Below the pieces are notes generated by a model, which did not search any database, was not told where the DNA came from, and saw only the letters and a list, made by a program, of their open reading frames with translations. This document shows, in pieces, positions 52,019 through 61,094 of a stretch of DNA of 64,000 nucleotides. A program made the translations under genes and the position numbers. The stretch's first letter is position 1; each line of letters opens with the position of its first letter. The stretch comes from a virus, in IMG/VR virus record IMGVR_UViG_3300027714_000005. One strand, written 5' to 3'.

Positions 52019-53530
52019 ATGGCAGAGTCAGACAATAACGGCATAAAACTCTTTGGGTTTGAACTGAAACGTCAGGAAAAACCAGAGAAAGAAAAAGACA
52101 AGTTAAAGTCTATTGTTGCTCCCACCGATGATGATGGTGCGGGGTACGTTACTGCGTCTGGTTCTCACTATGGTCAATACATTGACATGGAAGGTAATAA
52201 GGCAAAGGACAATCAACAGCTTATTATCAAGTATCGTGGAGTTGCAACACACCCAGAAGTAGATGCCGCAATCGAAGACATTGTTAATGAATCCATCGTT
52301 GGTTCAGAACAGGATATGTCTTGCGAACTCAATCTGGATAAGGTAGAAGCACCCAACAACATCAAAAAACAAATGACCGAAGAGTTCAAGAACATCTATA
52401 GTATGTTGAATTTTGGAGAACTGGGTCATGACATATTCCGTTCATTCTATGTAGATGGTCGTGTATACCACCACCTCGTAGTCAATGAATCCAATCTTAA
52501 AGCTGGCATTCAAGAGATCAGAACAATTGATGCTGCAAAGATTCGTAAAGTTAAAGAAGTAAAACACGACAAAGATCAACAGACTGGTGCAAAAATAGTC
52601 AAAGAAGTCAACGAGTTTTACATCTATCAAGAGAAAGCGGGAACCCAACAGGGCATAAGACTTTCTCCAGATAGTGTTTCCTATGTATCAAGTGGTCTAT
52701 TAGACCCTAGTAAGAAACAAGTTGTTTCATACCTACATAAAGCACTGAAACCAATTAATCAACTGCGTATGATGGAAGACAGTCTTGTTATCTATCGTCT
52801 CGCACGTGCACCCGAAAGACGTATCTTCTATATTGACGTAGGTAATATGCCTCGTAATAAATCAGAAGCATATATGAAAGACATCATGTCTCGTTATCGT
52901 AATAAGATTGTTTACGATTCGAACACTGGTCAGTTGAAAGATGACCGTAAACATATGTCTATGTTGGAAGACTTCTGGTTACCACGTAGAGAAGGTGGTC
53001 GTGGTACTGAGATTAGTACACTGCCTGGCGGTGAGAACCTCGGACAGATTGATGATATTATCTATTTCCAGAAGAGATTGTATCGTTCATTGAACGTACC
53101 TGTGTCTCGTTTGGAACAGGAAGCACAATTTACGTTAGGTCGTTCAACTGAAATCGGACGGGACGAAGTTAAGTTCCAGAAGTTTATTGACCGTCTACGT
53201 AGACGTTTCTCTACATTGTTTACTGCTATACTCAAGAAACAACTCATACTGAAAGGTGTTATCACTGAACAGGACTGGGCTGAGTGGAAGAGTTTTATCA
53301 CAGTAGACTTCCAGAGAGACAACCACTTTACTGAGTTGAAGGATGCGGAACTGTTACAGAACAGACTACAGACCCTTGACCAAGTATCTCAGTATGTGGG
53401 TGAGTATTTCTCACGTGAGTGGGCAATGAAGAACGTAATGATGATGTCTGACGAAGACATTGAAGAAATGAAAAAACAAGTCGAAGGTGAGAACGCAACC
53501 GTAGACGAAGACGATGAGGAAGTAGAATGA
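52019..53530 (+). CDS. gp20: portal protein gp20
   Basis: KA.KP.NQLRM.EDSLVIYRL.RAPERRIFYIDVGN, EDFWLPRREGGRGTEI.TLPGG. Confidence 0.98.
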   Translation: MAESDNNGIKLFGFELKRQEKPEKEKDKLKSIVAPTDDDGAGYVTASGSHYGQYIDMEGNKAKDNQQLIIKYRGVATHPEVDAAIEDIVNESIVGSEQDMSCELNLDKVEAPNNIKKQMTEEFKNIYSMLNFGELGHDIFRSFYVDGRVYHHLVVNESNLKAGIQEIRTIDAAKIRKVKEVKHDKDQQTGAKIVKEVNEFYIYQEKAGTQQGIRLSPDSVSYVSSGLLDPSKKQVVSYLHKALKPINQLRMMEDSLVIYRLARAPERRIFYIDVGNMPRNKSEAYMKDIMSRYRNKIVYDSNTGQLKDDRKHMSMLEDFWLPRREGGRGTEISTLPGGENLGQIDDIIYFQKRLYRSLNVPVSRLEQEAQFTLGRSTEIGRDEVKFQKFIDRLRRRFSTLFTAILKKQLILKGVITEQDWAEWKSFITVDFQRDNHFTELKDAELLQNRLQTLDQVSQYVGEYFSREWAMKNVMMMSDEDIEEMKKQVEGENATVDEDDEEVE

Positions 53531-53826
53531 GTGAAGTAGAAAATTCAGAAGGTGAAGTAGTAGAAGTATCTGCGGTACAGGAACTGATTAATAACATCAC
53601 CGATGGCGAACTAAACAACGCTGAGGGATCGTTCCAAAGTCTTATCCAAAGTAAGATGGCTGACGCACTGGAAGCACAACGTATTGCAGTTGCACAAGCT
53701 ATGTTTAATGACGATGAAGTCGAGGATGACTCTGATATCGAAGAGATAGATATCGAAGAGGAAGACGAAGAGGAAGACGAAGAAGAAGAAGTTATTGCTG
53801 AACTAGACGATGAAGACGAAGATTAA
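53527..53826 (+). CDS. acidic prohead core protein (gp67-like)
   Basis: 99 aa with a very acidic tail, immediately after the portal gene. Confidence 0.65.
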   Translation: MSEVENSEGEVVEVSAVQELINNITDGELNNAEGSFQSLIQSKMADALEAQRIAVAQAMFNDDEVEDDSDIEEIDIEEEDEEEDEEEEVIAELDDEDED

Positions 53827-53849
53827 TTCAGTTTATAAATTCTAATTCT

Positions 53850-53857
53850 TATAAATA
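53850..53857 (+). promoter_or_regulatory. late promoter TATAAATA
   Basis: Upstream of the 53863 ORF and gp21. Confidence 0.8.
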
Positions 53858-53862
53858 ATACT

Positions 53863-54081
53863 ATGAAATCTTATAAAACAATTCTATTAGAATTAAAGAC
53901 CAAACAACCGAAAGGTGACGTGGTCTTAAAAAAGAAAATAAATGGTATCCCTGTTCTTATAGTTAAGGACACGGGTAGTTTGCCCTTTGTGGTGTATATT
54001 GATGGTGATAAACTAGACGCTTTCAAATCCCAAAAAGACGCAGAAAAGTCTGCAACTAAAGTAATCAAGGAATTAACTTAA
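53863..54081 (+). CDS. small prohead-associated protein (gp68 position)
   Basis: 72 aa, N-terminus MKSYKTILLE; TAATG-coupled to gp21. Confidence 0.65.
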   Translation: MKSYKTILLELKTKQPKGDVVLKKKINGIPVLIVKDTGSLPFVVYIDGDKLDAFKSQKDAEKSATKVIKELT

Positions 54082-54743
54082 TGAAACTTATTACTGAGTT
54101 TACAGAAAACGACACTCTAAAATGTTTAATAGAGAAGAAAGAGAACGGTGAGAAATCATACGTGATCGAAGGCGTTTTCGCACAAGCAGACACAAAGAAT
54201 CGTAATGGACGTATCTACCCCAAAGCAATTATGGAACGGGCAGTAGGTAAGTATGTTACAGAACAGGTTAACAAGAAACGCGCAGTAGGTGAGTTAAATC
54301 ACCCTGAAGGCCCGACAGTTAACTTGGATAAAGTTTCACACCTCATCACCGAGTTGAAGTTTAACGGAAATGATGTGGTTGGAAAGGCACAAATATTGGA
54401 TACTCCAATGGGTAGGATTGTAAAAGGTCTTCTTGAAGGTGGTGTTCAACTAGGTGTGTCAACTCGTGGTATGGGTAGCCTTGAGAATAGAAATGGCGCA
54501 ATGGTCGTTAAAGACGACTTCATTCTTAGTACAGTTGACATCGTACAAGACCCCTCCGCACCTGAAGCCTTTGTTAATGGTATCATGGAAGGTGTAGATT
54601 GGGTTTGGAATAACGGCATTCTTTCCCCTCAAGTCATTGAAAAAATGGAGACTGAAATTAAAACTGCTCCGAAAACTGTCTTGTATGAGACAAGTGTTCG
54701 AGAGTTCAAAAATTTCCTCTCGTTAATTAAATCTAGTATTTAA
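54081..54743 (+). CDS. gp21: prohead protease gp21
   Basis: MKLITE, NRNGR.YP, GELNHP, GVSTRGMGSL, DIV.DPSAP.AFV.GIME. Confidence 0.97.
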   Translation: MKLITEFTENDTLKCLIEKKENGEKSYVIEGVFAQADTKNRNGRIYPKAIMERAVGKYVTEQVNKKRAVGELNHPEGPTVNLDKVSHLITELKFNGNDVVGKAQILDTPMGRIVKGLLEGGVQLGVSTRGMGSLENRNGAMVVKDDFILSTVDIVQDPSAPEAFVNGIMEGVDWVWNNGILSPQVIEKMETEIKTAPKTVLYETSVREFKNFLSLIKSSI

Positions 54744-54753
54744 GGAGTCAAAC

Positions 54754-55785
54754 ATGACTGAACTAAGTAACTCAGAGATTGAACTCCGCGATGATATTAA
54801 CGGTATCGTGGAAGAAACTCTCGAAGAAGCAGCAGTCGATGCTAATGCTACAGACGAAGAAGAATCAATTGCGTCTATAGACAAAGCAGCGAAAGCTACA
54901 AAGAAAGCTCCGGTTCCAAAGACCAAAGCGGGTATGATTAGTGCTATGACTAACAAAATGTTGGGGATGTCTAAATTAGACATGCAAAGCATGTATGCAA
55001 GTTATAACAAAAACGAATCAGTAGATATGGATAATGTGGATGCAATCGTGGAAACACGGATTGACACTGCTGCTGAATTAGACGCACTAGTCGAGTCTGA
55101 AGCAACACTCAGTGATGAGTTTAAAGCTAAAACCGCAATAATCTTTGAATCAGCTGTAAAATCTAAACTGTCTGAAGAAGTAGACCGTATAGAAGCGCAG
55201 TACAAGGAAGAGTTGGCAGAAGAAGTATCTTCTACTAAAGCAGACCTTGTAGAGAAAGTAGACAGCTACCTGAACTATGTAGTTGAATCTTGGATGGAAG
55301 AAAATCAAATTGCAATCCAGAACGGTCTCCGTACTGAAATTGCCGAGACTTTCATGGACAAGATGAAGGACTTATTTACTGAGTCTTACATTGACGTACC
55401 TCAATCCAAAGTTGACCTAGTTGACGAACTTGCTGAATCTGTTGAACAACTTGAGAAAACTCTCAATGAAACAACTCAGAAAGTTATTAATACAACTGAG
55501 GAACTGGAAGTATACAAGCGTGACACAGTAATCCGTGAAGCGTCTCGTGACCTTGCAGAGACTCAAGTAGTTAAATTGAAGTCACTCGTAGAGAGTATTG
55601 ATTTTGAAGACGAAGATTCTTTCGCTGCCAAAGTTAAGACTGTTGTAGAGTCGTACTTCACCAAAGAAATCGCTAATAGCGAAGAAGTAGAACAAATTGT
55701 AGAAGATGCTGATCAAGAAGTCGAAGTATCATCTGTAATGGAAGGTTACCTCTCTGCAATTCGCAAAACAACACCTAAATATTAA
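54754..55785 (+). CDS. gp22: prohead core scaffold gp22
   Basis: LS.EFK.K...IFE.AV, VDSYL.YVVE.W..EN..AI..GLR.EI.E.F, F.E.YI..P. Confidence 0.93.
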   Translation: MTELSNSEIELRDDINGIVEETLEEAAVDANATDEEESIASIDKAAKATKKAPVPKTKAGMISAMTNKMLGMSKLDMQSMYASYNKNESVDMDNVDAIVETRIDTAAELDALVESEATLSDEFKAKTAIIFESAVKSKLSEEVDRIEAQYKEELAEEVSSTKADLVEKVDSYLNYVVESWMEENQIAIQNGLRTEIAETFMDKMKDLFTESYIDVPQSKVDLVDELAESVEQLEKTLNETTQKVINTTEELEVYKRDTVIREASRDLAETQVVKLKSLVESIDFEDEDSFAAKVKTVVESYFTKEIANSEEVEQIVEDADQEVEVSSVMEGYLSAIRKTTPKY

Positions 55786-55796
55786 GGAAAAATACA

Positions 55797-57110
55797 ATGC
55801 AATCTTACGATAGTTTAATGGAAAAATGGGCTCCAGTCCTTAACGAAGCGTCTTGTGGTGCTATTACAGACAATCACAAGCGTTCAGTTACTGCTGCAAT
55901 CCTAGAGAACCAAGAAAAAGCAATGATGGAGCAGAGCGAATCTGCAATGGGATTCTTAAGCGAGAATGCTGCATCTGCTGCTAACAACACTGGTTCTGTA
56001 AACAACTTCAACCCAGTATTAATTTCACTGGTTCGCCGTGCAATGCCTAACCTAATCGCATACGATGTATGTGGTGTACAACCAATGAACGGCCCAACTG
56101 GTCTCATCTTCGCGATGAAGTCACGTTATAAGGGTGGAGCAACTGGTAACCGTGAAGCACTATTCAACGAAGCTGAGACTAGGTTCTCTGGTGATAGTTC
56201 TGGTACTCACGATTCTGATAACGCTTCTGGTTGGAACGGAATCGACTCAGAAGGCGCTCGTCTAACTGCACTTGCTGCTGGCGGAATGCCAACTGCTGAT
56301 GCAGAAGCACTTGGTGCTACTGGTGGTTCAGCGTTCAACGAGATGGGTTTCACCATCGAACGTCAAACTGTTACTGCTAAGTCACGTGCACTTAAAGCAG
56401 AATACACGCTTGAACTTGCTCAAGACCTTAAAGCAATCCACGGTCTAGACGCAGAAACTGAGTTGGCAAACATCTTGTCTACTGAGATTCTTGCTGAAAT
56501 CAACCGCGAAGTAATTCGTACTATCAACACCCAAGCAAAAACTGGTGCTCAACAGGCTAACGTTACCGCTAAAGGTGTCTTTAATATGTCTGCTGACACT
56601 GATGGTCGTTGGTCTGCTGAGAAGTTCAAAGGTCTTGGTGTTCAGATTGATCGTGAGTGTAACGTCATTGCTAAAGAAACTCGCCGTGGTAAAGGTAACG
56701 TAGTAATCTGTTCTTCAGATGTTGCTACTGCACTTGCTGCTGCCGGTACTTTGGACTATGCTCCTGCTATCAACAACCCACTTCAGGTTGATGATACTGG
56801 TAACACTTTTGCTGGTTTGTTGAATGGACGCATTCGTGTGTACATTGATCCATATGCCAACGTAGACTATGTAACTGTTGGTTATAAGGGTACTAACCCA
56901 TATGACAGCGGTGTATTCTACTGCCCATATGTACCATTACAAATGGTTAAAGCTGTTGGCGAAGATGACTTCCAACCACGTATCGGGTTCAAAACTCGTT
57001 ATGGTATGGCATCTAACCCATTCGTTGGTGCTACACCTTCGGACGGTCTTGCTACTGTTAAGACTAACCAGTACTACAGAATCTTCAAGGTTACTAACAT
57101 CTTGACATAA
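55797..57110 (+). CDS. gp23: major capsid protein gp23
   Basis: PVLISLVRRAMPNLIAYDVCGVQPM.GPTGLIFAM, TAKSRALKAEY..ELAQDLKAIHGLDAE, FQPRIGFKTRYG. Confidence 0.99.
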   Translation: MQSYDSLMEKWAPVLNEASCGAITDNHKRSVTAAILENQEKAMMEQSESAMGFLSENAASAANNTGSVNNFNPVLISLVRRAMPNLIAYDVCGVQPMNGPTGLIFAMKSRYKGGATGNREALFNEAETRFSGDSSGTHDSDNASGWNGIDSEGARLTALAAGGMPTADAEALGATGGSAFNEMGFTIERQTVTAKSRALKAEYTLELAQDLKAIHGLDAETELANILSTEILAEINREVIRTINTQAKTGAQQANVTAKGVFNMSADTDGRWSAEKFKGLGVQIDRECNVIAKETRRGKGNVVICSSDVATALAAAGTLDYAPAINNPLQVDDTGNTFAGLLNGRIRVYIDPYANVDYVTVGYKGTNPYDSGVFYCPYVPLQMVKAVGEDDFQPRIGFKTRYGMASNPFVGATPSDGLATVKTNQYYRIFKVTNILT

Positions 57111-57149
57111 GTCTGTAATAAGAAGAGTGAGGTAACTCACCGTTCTTTA

Positions 57150-57175
57150 AGGGTCTCTTCGGAGACCCTTTTTTT
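57150..57175 (+). terminator. Rho-independent terminator with C(UUCG)G loop, identical to the gp32 terminator
   Basis: AGGGTCTCTTCGGAGACCCTTTTTTT. Confidence 0.92.
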
Positions 57176-57180
57176 ATATG

Positions 57181-57188
57181 TATAAATA
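57181..57188 (+). promoter_or_regulatory. late promoter TATAAATA
   Basis: Directly after the gp23 terminator, about 90 nt before the lipoprotein ATG. Confidence 0.75.
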
Positions 57189-57279
57189 CATGCATGGAAG
57201 ACGCTCTGCGTATCAAGTGGTACGCACCGCACCAGTGGAAAGGAATCCACAATCGGAAAGACACCAACAGGAGATTGAT

Positions 57280-57483
57280 ATGAGACTTTTAATCATATCT
57301 GCCATGTTGTTCTTGACTGCTTGTAGTACAGTTGATGCGACAGTAGATGGCGCTGGTGGAATTATCAAGGGTGTTGGTTCAGACACTTTCGGTATTACCG
57401 CAGGTTTTCTTGACGTAACTTCTAATCTAATTAAAGATGTTGCAGTTAAGACCGGAACCGCTAAGACCGAACCAAAGGAATAA
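57280..57483 (+). CDS. small lipoprotein (67 aa)
   Basis: AGGAG RBS; signal peptide MRLLIISAMLF plus lipobox LTA-C. Confidence 0.8.
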   Translation: MRLLIISAMLFLTACSTVDATVDGAGGIIKGVGSDTFGITAGFLDVTSNLIKDVAVKTGTAKTEPKE

Positions 57484-57487
57484 GAAT

Positions 57488-57521
57488 AAAAAAGGGGGAC
57501 ATGGAGTCCCCCGATTTGTTT
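57488..57521. terminator. bidirectional terminator between convergent genes
   Basis: A-run, GGGGGAC-ATGGA-GTCCCCC, then a T-rich tail. Confidence 0.7.
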
Positions 57522-58200
57522 ACATAAGTTTTAGATGTTTAGATGGTATGTTACACCACACGGTATCTCTGACTAAGCTCTTCCACAGTTCTGGTGGTAG
57601 TTGTTTCTTGTCCTGTAGAACGTTTTCATAACACTTAATCTCTGCATCATAGTCATAATCCTCAACCTTCCACTCCTTAATAATATTCGCGTAGGGTTCT
57701 ATACCAAGTGCTTGATAGAAAGAACCCCTATCAGATTCCTTTGCGTACCGTTCTTCCTTAGAGGATCGTGGATTAATTGTCATGTTATCTGTATTAGACC
57801 ACTGAGTCTGACCTATGTACAACTCTAGGTCTTCGAACGGAATGATGTAGTCTATACCATCCCAATCAATCTCAGTTAATATTGGCGCACCGTGAAACAC
57901 AGGTTCGTAGTTCACACCAGAACCACTTCTTGCTCGGTCTATCGGATCACGTACTACCATTATGGTTGGTGGGTCTAAGACTAAAGCATTACAGTCATTG
58001 AAGTCATCAACGGTTATCCATGTGTAAGGGTGGTGTGACGGGTACTTTAGGTCAGTGTTCTCTACATCTAACTGAACGTTACGATATTGTTCCCACACAT
58101 AGTCAAAGTAATATCGGGAAATGTAGTTAGCAAAACTACGTGATGCTGAACGACCCAATATCCCTAACGAGTATGTGTTAGTCTCAATACAATCAATCAT
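57520..58200 (-). CDS. sulfotransferase-like protein
   Basis: ILGRSASRSF (5'-PSB-like), MVVRDP.DR..SG (3'-PB-like), DYII.FE.L. Confidence 0.5.
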   Translation of the reverse strand: MIDCIETNTYSLGILGRSASRSFANYISRYYFDYVWEQYRNVQLDVENTDLKYPSHHPYTWITVDDFNDCNALVLDPPTIMVVRDPIDRARSGSGVNYEPVFHGAPILTEIDWDGIDYIIPFEDLELYIGQTQWSNTDNMTINPRSSKEERYAKESDRGSFYQALGIEPYANIIKEWKVEDYDYDAEIKCYENVLQDKKQLPPELWKSLVRDTVWCNIPSKHLKLM

Positions 58201-58218
58201 GATGATACCCTTAATAAT

Positions 58219-58243
58219 AAAACCCCCGCCTAGTGCGGGGGGT
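58219..58243 (-). terminator. terminator downstream of tRNA-Gly
   Basis: CCCCGC-loop-GCGGGG stem with a T-run on the minus strand. Confidence 0.65.
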
Positions 58244-58250
58244 GTGTGTT

Positions 58251-58324
58251 TGGAGCGGAATGAGAGAATCGAACTCCCGTCATGAGGTTGGAAACCTCTT
58301 GTAATGCCATTATACTAATTCCGC
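58251..58324 (-). tRNA. tRNA-Gly (TCC)
   Basis: Reverse complement GCGGAAT...GAGG-TTTCCAA-CCTC...GTTCGATT...ATTCCGC-T-CCA forms a full cloverleaf. Confidence 0.93.
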
Positions 58325-58345
58325 ATGATTGTATATAGTACCACA

Positions 58346-59461
58346 CTATACAGTTAAAGGCAAGTCCCTTACAAGGCCAGGGTATCGGGTTCTTAAAATT
58401 GCAAGTGATTCTTTATAGTTAAAGGATGCCTTATTACCGTAAGGTGTACTAGTCAACGCCACGGGCGAAGTAATACCCGTACCCGTCATCAATTCTTTCA
58501 AATTTTCTGTTCCACGTTCTTGTGGTAGAAACCCAATCACGTTCAAAGGAAAGACTTTTAATCCACACATTTTCAATTCATGTTTGTGTTGTTCCAACTG
58601 TGTCATGAACTTCACTCTTTTAGTTTCTAGAGTCGCCTTTGCCGTTGGAGCACCTACGTGTCCAATCAAATCGGTATACTTACCTGTTTCGACATAACGT
58701 GTAACGGATTGCATGATAGCACGATACTGGTAACCTTCACCAATACACACACCATAGGTATCGGTTTCTGGGTTAAACTCACCACCGATTTTATGTTCTA
58801 CCGCTGAGTGGTTATCAATCCAGTCCTGTACTTTAGGAACAGATGTGTATAGAATGTATGGTTGAGGCGTCCCTGCCTCTTCCATAACCATCTTCACAAC
58901 ACGATTCCTACAAGTCTTATCACGGGTCTTACCGTAGATACGAACGAACTCACCGTTGATTGCCTTCTCAGAGTTTTTAATAAGTCCTCTAGAAACTTTA
59001 GAACTTAGGTATTTACGCATATCAACTTCTTTGTTGAGACGTTTTACGTATCCTTCGTTTTCTCTTGCTTGGACATCTTTCATCTGTTCTGGTGTACCAG
59101 TGAACAAAGTAAATATCCACGACTTCATTGCAAGTGCTCGAATCGCTTCGGAACGACCATACCCATATACCAAGACATATCTTTTGTCATATCCTTCACC
59201 ACGGTCATATACCGCTGGAGGAAACTCCATTGTGTCAACTCCACCAGCAAAAGACAAACGAAGTTGTTCAATCTCTTGTGAGGTGTGTGTTTCCACTTTG
59301 GTGTACTGACCATCGATATCATCAATATGAATATCTTTGAAGTCGAGTCTTATATTTTTTACAGATGTTACACTAAGGTCGGTGTAGTCGGGTAACGCAA
59401 TTGCGTCAGGGTTGGTGTGATGAAAATCACTGAATGTTACGTAACGTGTAGGCATAGCCAT
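58346..59461 (-). CDS. hypothetical protein with ParB/Srx-like N-terminal motif
   Basis: 371 aa; PP.V...Y.LV.GY.R.EA...L spacing; GAGG RBS and its own sigma70 promoter. Confidence 0.6.
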   Translation of the reverse strand: MAMPTRYVTFSDFHHTNPDAIALPDYTDLSVTSVKNIRLDFKDIHIDDIDGQYTKVETHTSQEIEQLRLSFAGGVDTMEFPPAVYDRGEGYDKRYVLVYGYGRSEAIRALAMKSWIFTLFTGTPEQMKDVQARENEGYVKRLNKEVDMRKYLSSKVSRGLIKNSEKAINGEFVRIYGKTRDKTCRNRVVKMVMEEAGTPQPYILYTSVPKVQDWIDNHSAVEHKIGGEFNPETDTYGVCIGEGYQYRAIMQSVTRYVETGKYTDLIGHVGAPTAKATLETKRVKFMTQLEQHKHELKMCGLKVFPLNVIGFLPQERGTENLKELMTGTGITSPVALTSTPYGNKASFNYKESLAILRTRYPGLVRDLPLTV

Positions 59462-59563
59462 AGTATTTCTCCTATTGGATTAAATTAAGTGAAGTAGAAG
59501 ACTCATAGAGAATTTCTAAAACACAATAGTATATATAAAACTTTTATCTTATCTTACCTGTTC

Positions 59564-59592
59564 ATTATACAACACTTTTACTATAATGGCAA
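59564..59592 (-). promoter_or_regulatory. sigma70-type promoter
   Basis: Minus strand TTGCCA-17-TATAAT. Confidence 0.75.
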
Positions 59593-59597
59593 GCGTT

Positions 59598-60737
59598 TTA
59601 TCTAATTATATCAATATCTTTTGCATTTGTATTCCAAGTCTCTTGCACAGTACGTAAACGACCGTCCTGTTTAAGATTCTCATATCGATTGGTTGCCTTC
59701 TTACGCCACCAATCTGTCACACCCTCAAGACTGAATCGGTCATAGTTATCTGCTTTGACGATTGTGTCGGTCTCAAGGTTGAGATACTTCTTCACACTCT
59801 CACGGTCATATCCCATAGTAGAGTAGTATGAATTCTTTTGTTGTGTCAGTCCCTTTGCATCAATGAAGGTTTGACAGAACTTAGTGTATGCGTCCATGTC
59901 GTATTGTTTCAGAGAGTTCTTGATGATTGATACCATCTTCTGTTGAGTCTTTAACTTACGAGATGATGCATCCTTTGGTACAAGAGGTTCACCCCCATTG
60001 CGTTTGATGAACCAGTCACTCAATGTACGATAGTTGTCATCATTGATGAGTGGCGCAAAGTTAGAGTCTGTCTGTCCATTACCAATCAATAGTGGTTTCA
60101 TACCTGAGTACATAGACACACCACCCTTGGCATTACCGTATAAGGAGGTTGTCTCGAACATACAGATGTTTGCATCATACTTTTCATTAAGTGTCTCACG
60201 TACCGTATGCGAGGTACATATAGCTGCAAGTAACTTACCACCAAGGTAGTTGAACCCGAACGGTTGTACTGGTACGATGTTGAATCCCATGATACAGGTC
60301 TTGTTGAATCGTTTCATAACCTCACCATTCATGGTGTCCAGAGGTTTGCCCAACCACTCATTACGTGGTCTGCTATTAATAGTAGGAGAACCGAAACGAA
60401 TCATACCCACAACCATACCACTGTTCTTCTCACGTACTACCCAGTTCATCATCTTGCCTGGAATTGACGCCTCTACAGGTGCGGACGTGGTGATATCCAT
60501 ATAGGACATGAACTGGTCACGATGTGCGGTTGCGATACTGAACTCCATATCCTTGGGGTGCATATCGAAGTTGTTGAACATATCCTCTTCAGGGCCCATG
60601 CCAGGCAAAGTGAAGGGCATAGAGTCCATGCGTTCCATCTTAATCTGTCTCATATAGTCATCAATACGTTCAAAGTTCGCAAAGAACTCGGTAAAGACAT
60701 TCGCAGCGTATTCTGCGTCAGGTTGTGTAAGTATCAT
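59598..60737 (-). CDS. DUF4338 / DruA-like protein (GNAT-related)
   Basis: PGK...W.V.E...G..VG.IR.GSP.IN..PRN..LG, IVP.QPFG.NYLGGKLLA, FETTSLYG. Confidence 0.7.
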   Translation of the reverse strand: MILTQPDAEYAANVFTEFFANFERIDDYMRQIKMERMDSMPFTLPGMGPEEDMFNNFDMHPKDMEFSIATAHRDQFMSYMDITTSAPVEASIPGKMMNWVVREKNSGMVVGMIRFGSPTINSRPRNEWLGKPLDTMNGEVMKRFNKTCIMGFNIVPVQPFGFNYLGGKLLAAICTSHTVRETLNEKYDANICMFETTSLYGNAKGGVSMYSGMKPLLIGNGQTDSNFAPLINDDNYRTLSDWFIKRNGGEPLVPKDASSRKLKTQQKMVSIIKNSLKQYDMDAYTKFCQTFIDAKGLTQQKNSYYSTMGYDRESVKKYLNLETDTIVKADNYDRFSLEGVTDWWRKKATNRYENLKQDGRLRTVQETWNTNAKDIDIIR

Positions 60738-60761
60738 GTAGATTCCTCAGTTATGTGTACC

Positions 60762-60790
60762 ATTCTACAGTATATAGCAATATAAGTCAA
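60762..60790 (-). promoter_or_regulatory. sigma70-type promoter
   Basis: Minus strand TTGACT-17-TAGAAT. Confidence 0.7.
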
Positions 60791-60815
60791 GCACTAAATT
60801 AAATGAAAATAAGTG

Positions 60816-60850
60816 TTGCCAAACGTTGCTGTTGTTGTTATAATAAGTAC
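60816..60850 (+). promoter_or_regulatory. early promoter, copy 1
   Basis: TTGCCA-17-TATAAT with extended TG; 31 bp identical to copy 2. Confidence 0.8.
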
Positions 60851-60881
60851 TTAGTTAATCGAGTTGAAGAGGGAAAACGTT

Positions 60882-61067
60882 ATGACTGATTTAGATACCT
60901 TTGTTGCAGAGTTAGACGATTCTTGGACATTAATGGACGAGATGGATGACCGTTATGATGGTGTCATGGCAGTCATGAAGAGTTCGGCCACTTGTTTGTC
61001 CAAGGTTGGAGTCTCAATGAAAGACCTTGACGATGCATTCGGTGAAAAATATAGCGATTATCGATAA
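60882..61067 (+). CDS. small acidic early protein
   Basis: 61 aa from the ATG after GAGG. Confidence 0.65.
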   Translation: MTDLDTFVAELDDSWTLMDEMDDRYDGVMAVMKSSATCLSKVGVSMKDLDDAFGEKYSDYR

Positions 61068-61094
61068 CGTTACTAATTAGAGAGAGAAAACCTT

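Noticed and set aside
47752-57110. Introns or inteins in gp17, gp20 or gp23
   Set aside because: The ORFs are continuous and of ordinary length, with no splicing motifs seen.
57178-57279. N-terminal extension of the lipoprotein ORF
   Set aside because: It begins upstream of the late promoter and would bury the signal peptide; better read as a 5' leader.
58251-58324. tRNA-Gly supplied to translate the Gly-rich repeat proteins, or acting as an integration site
   Set aside because: The repeats use mostly GGT, whereas the TCC anticodon is cognate for GGA; there is no integrase or att duplication.
59598-60737. Complete Druantia defence system
   Set aside because: Only a DUF4338-like gene is present; no DruE-type helicase or other partners.
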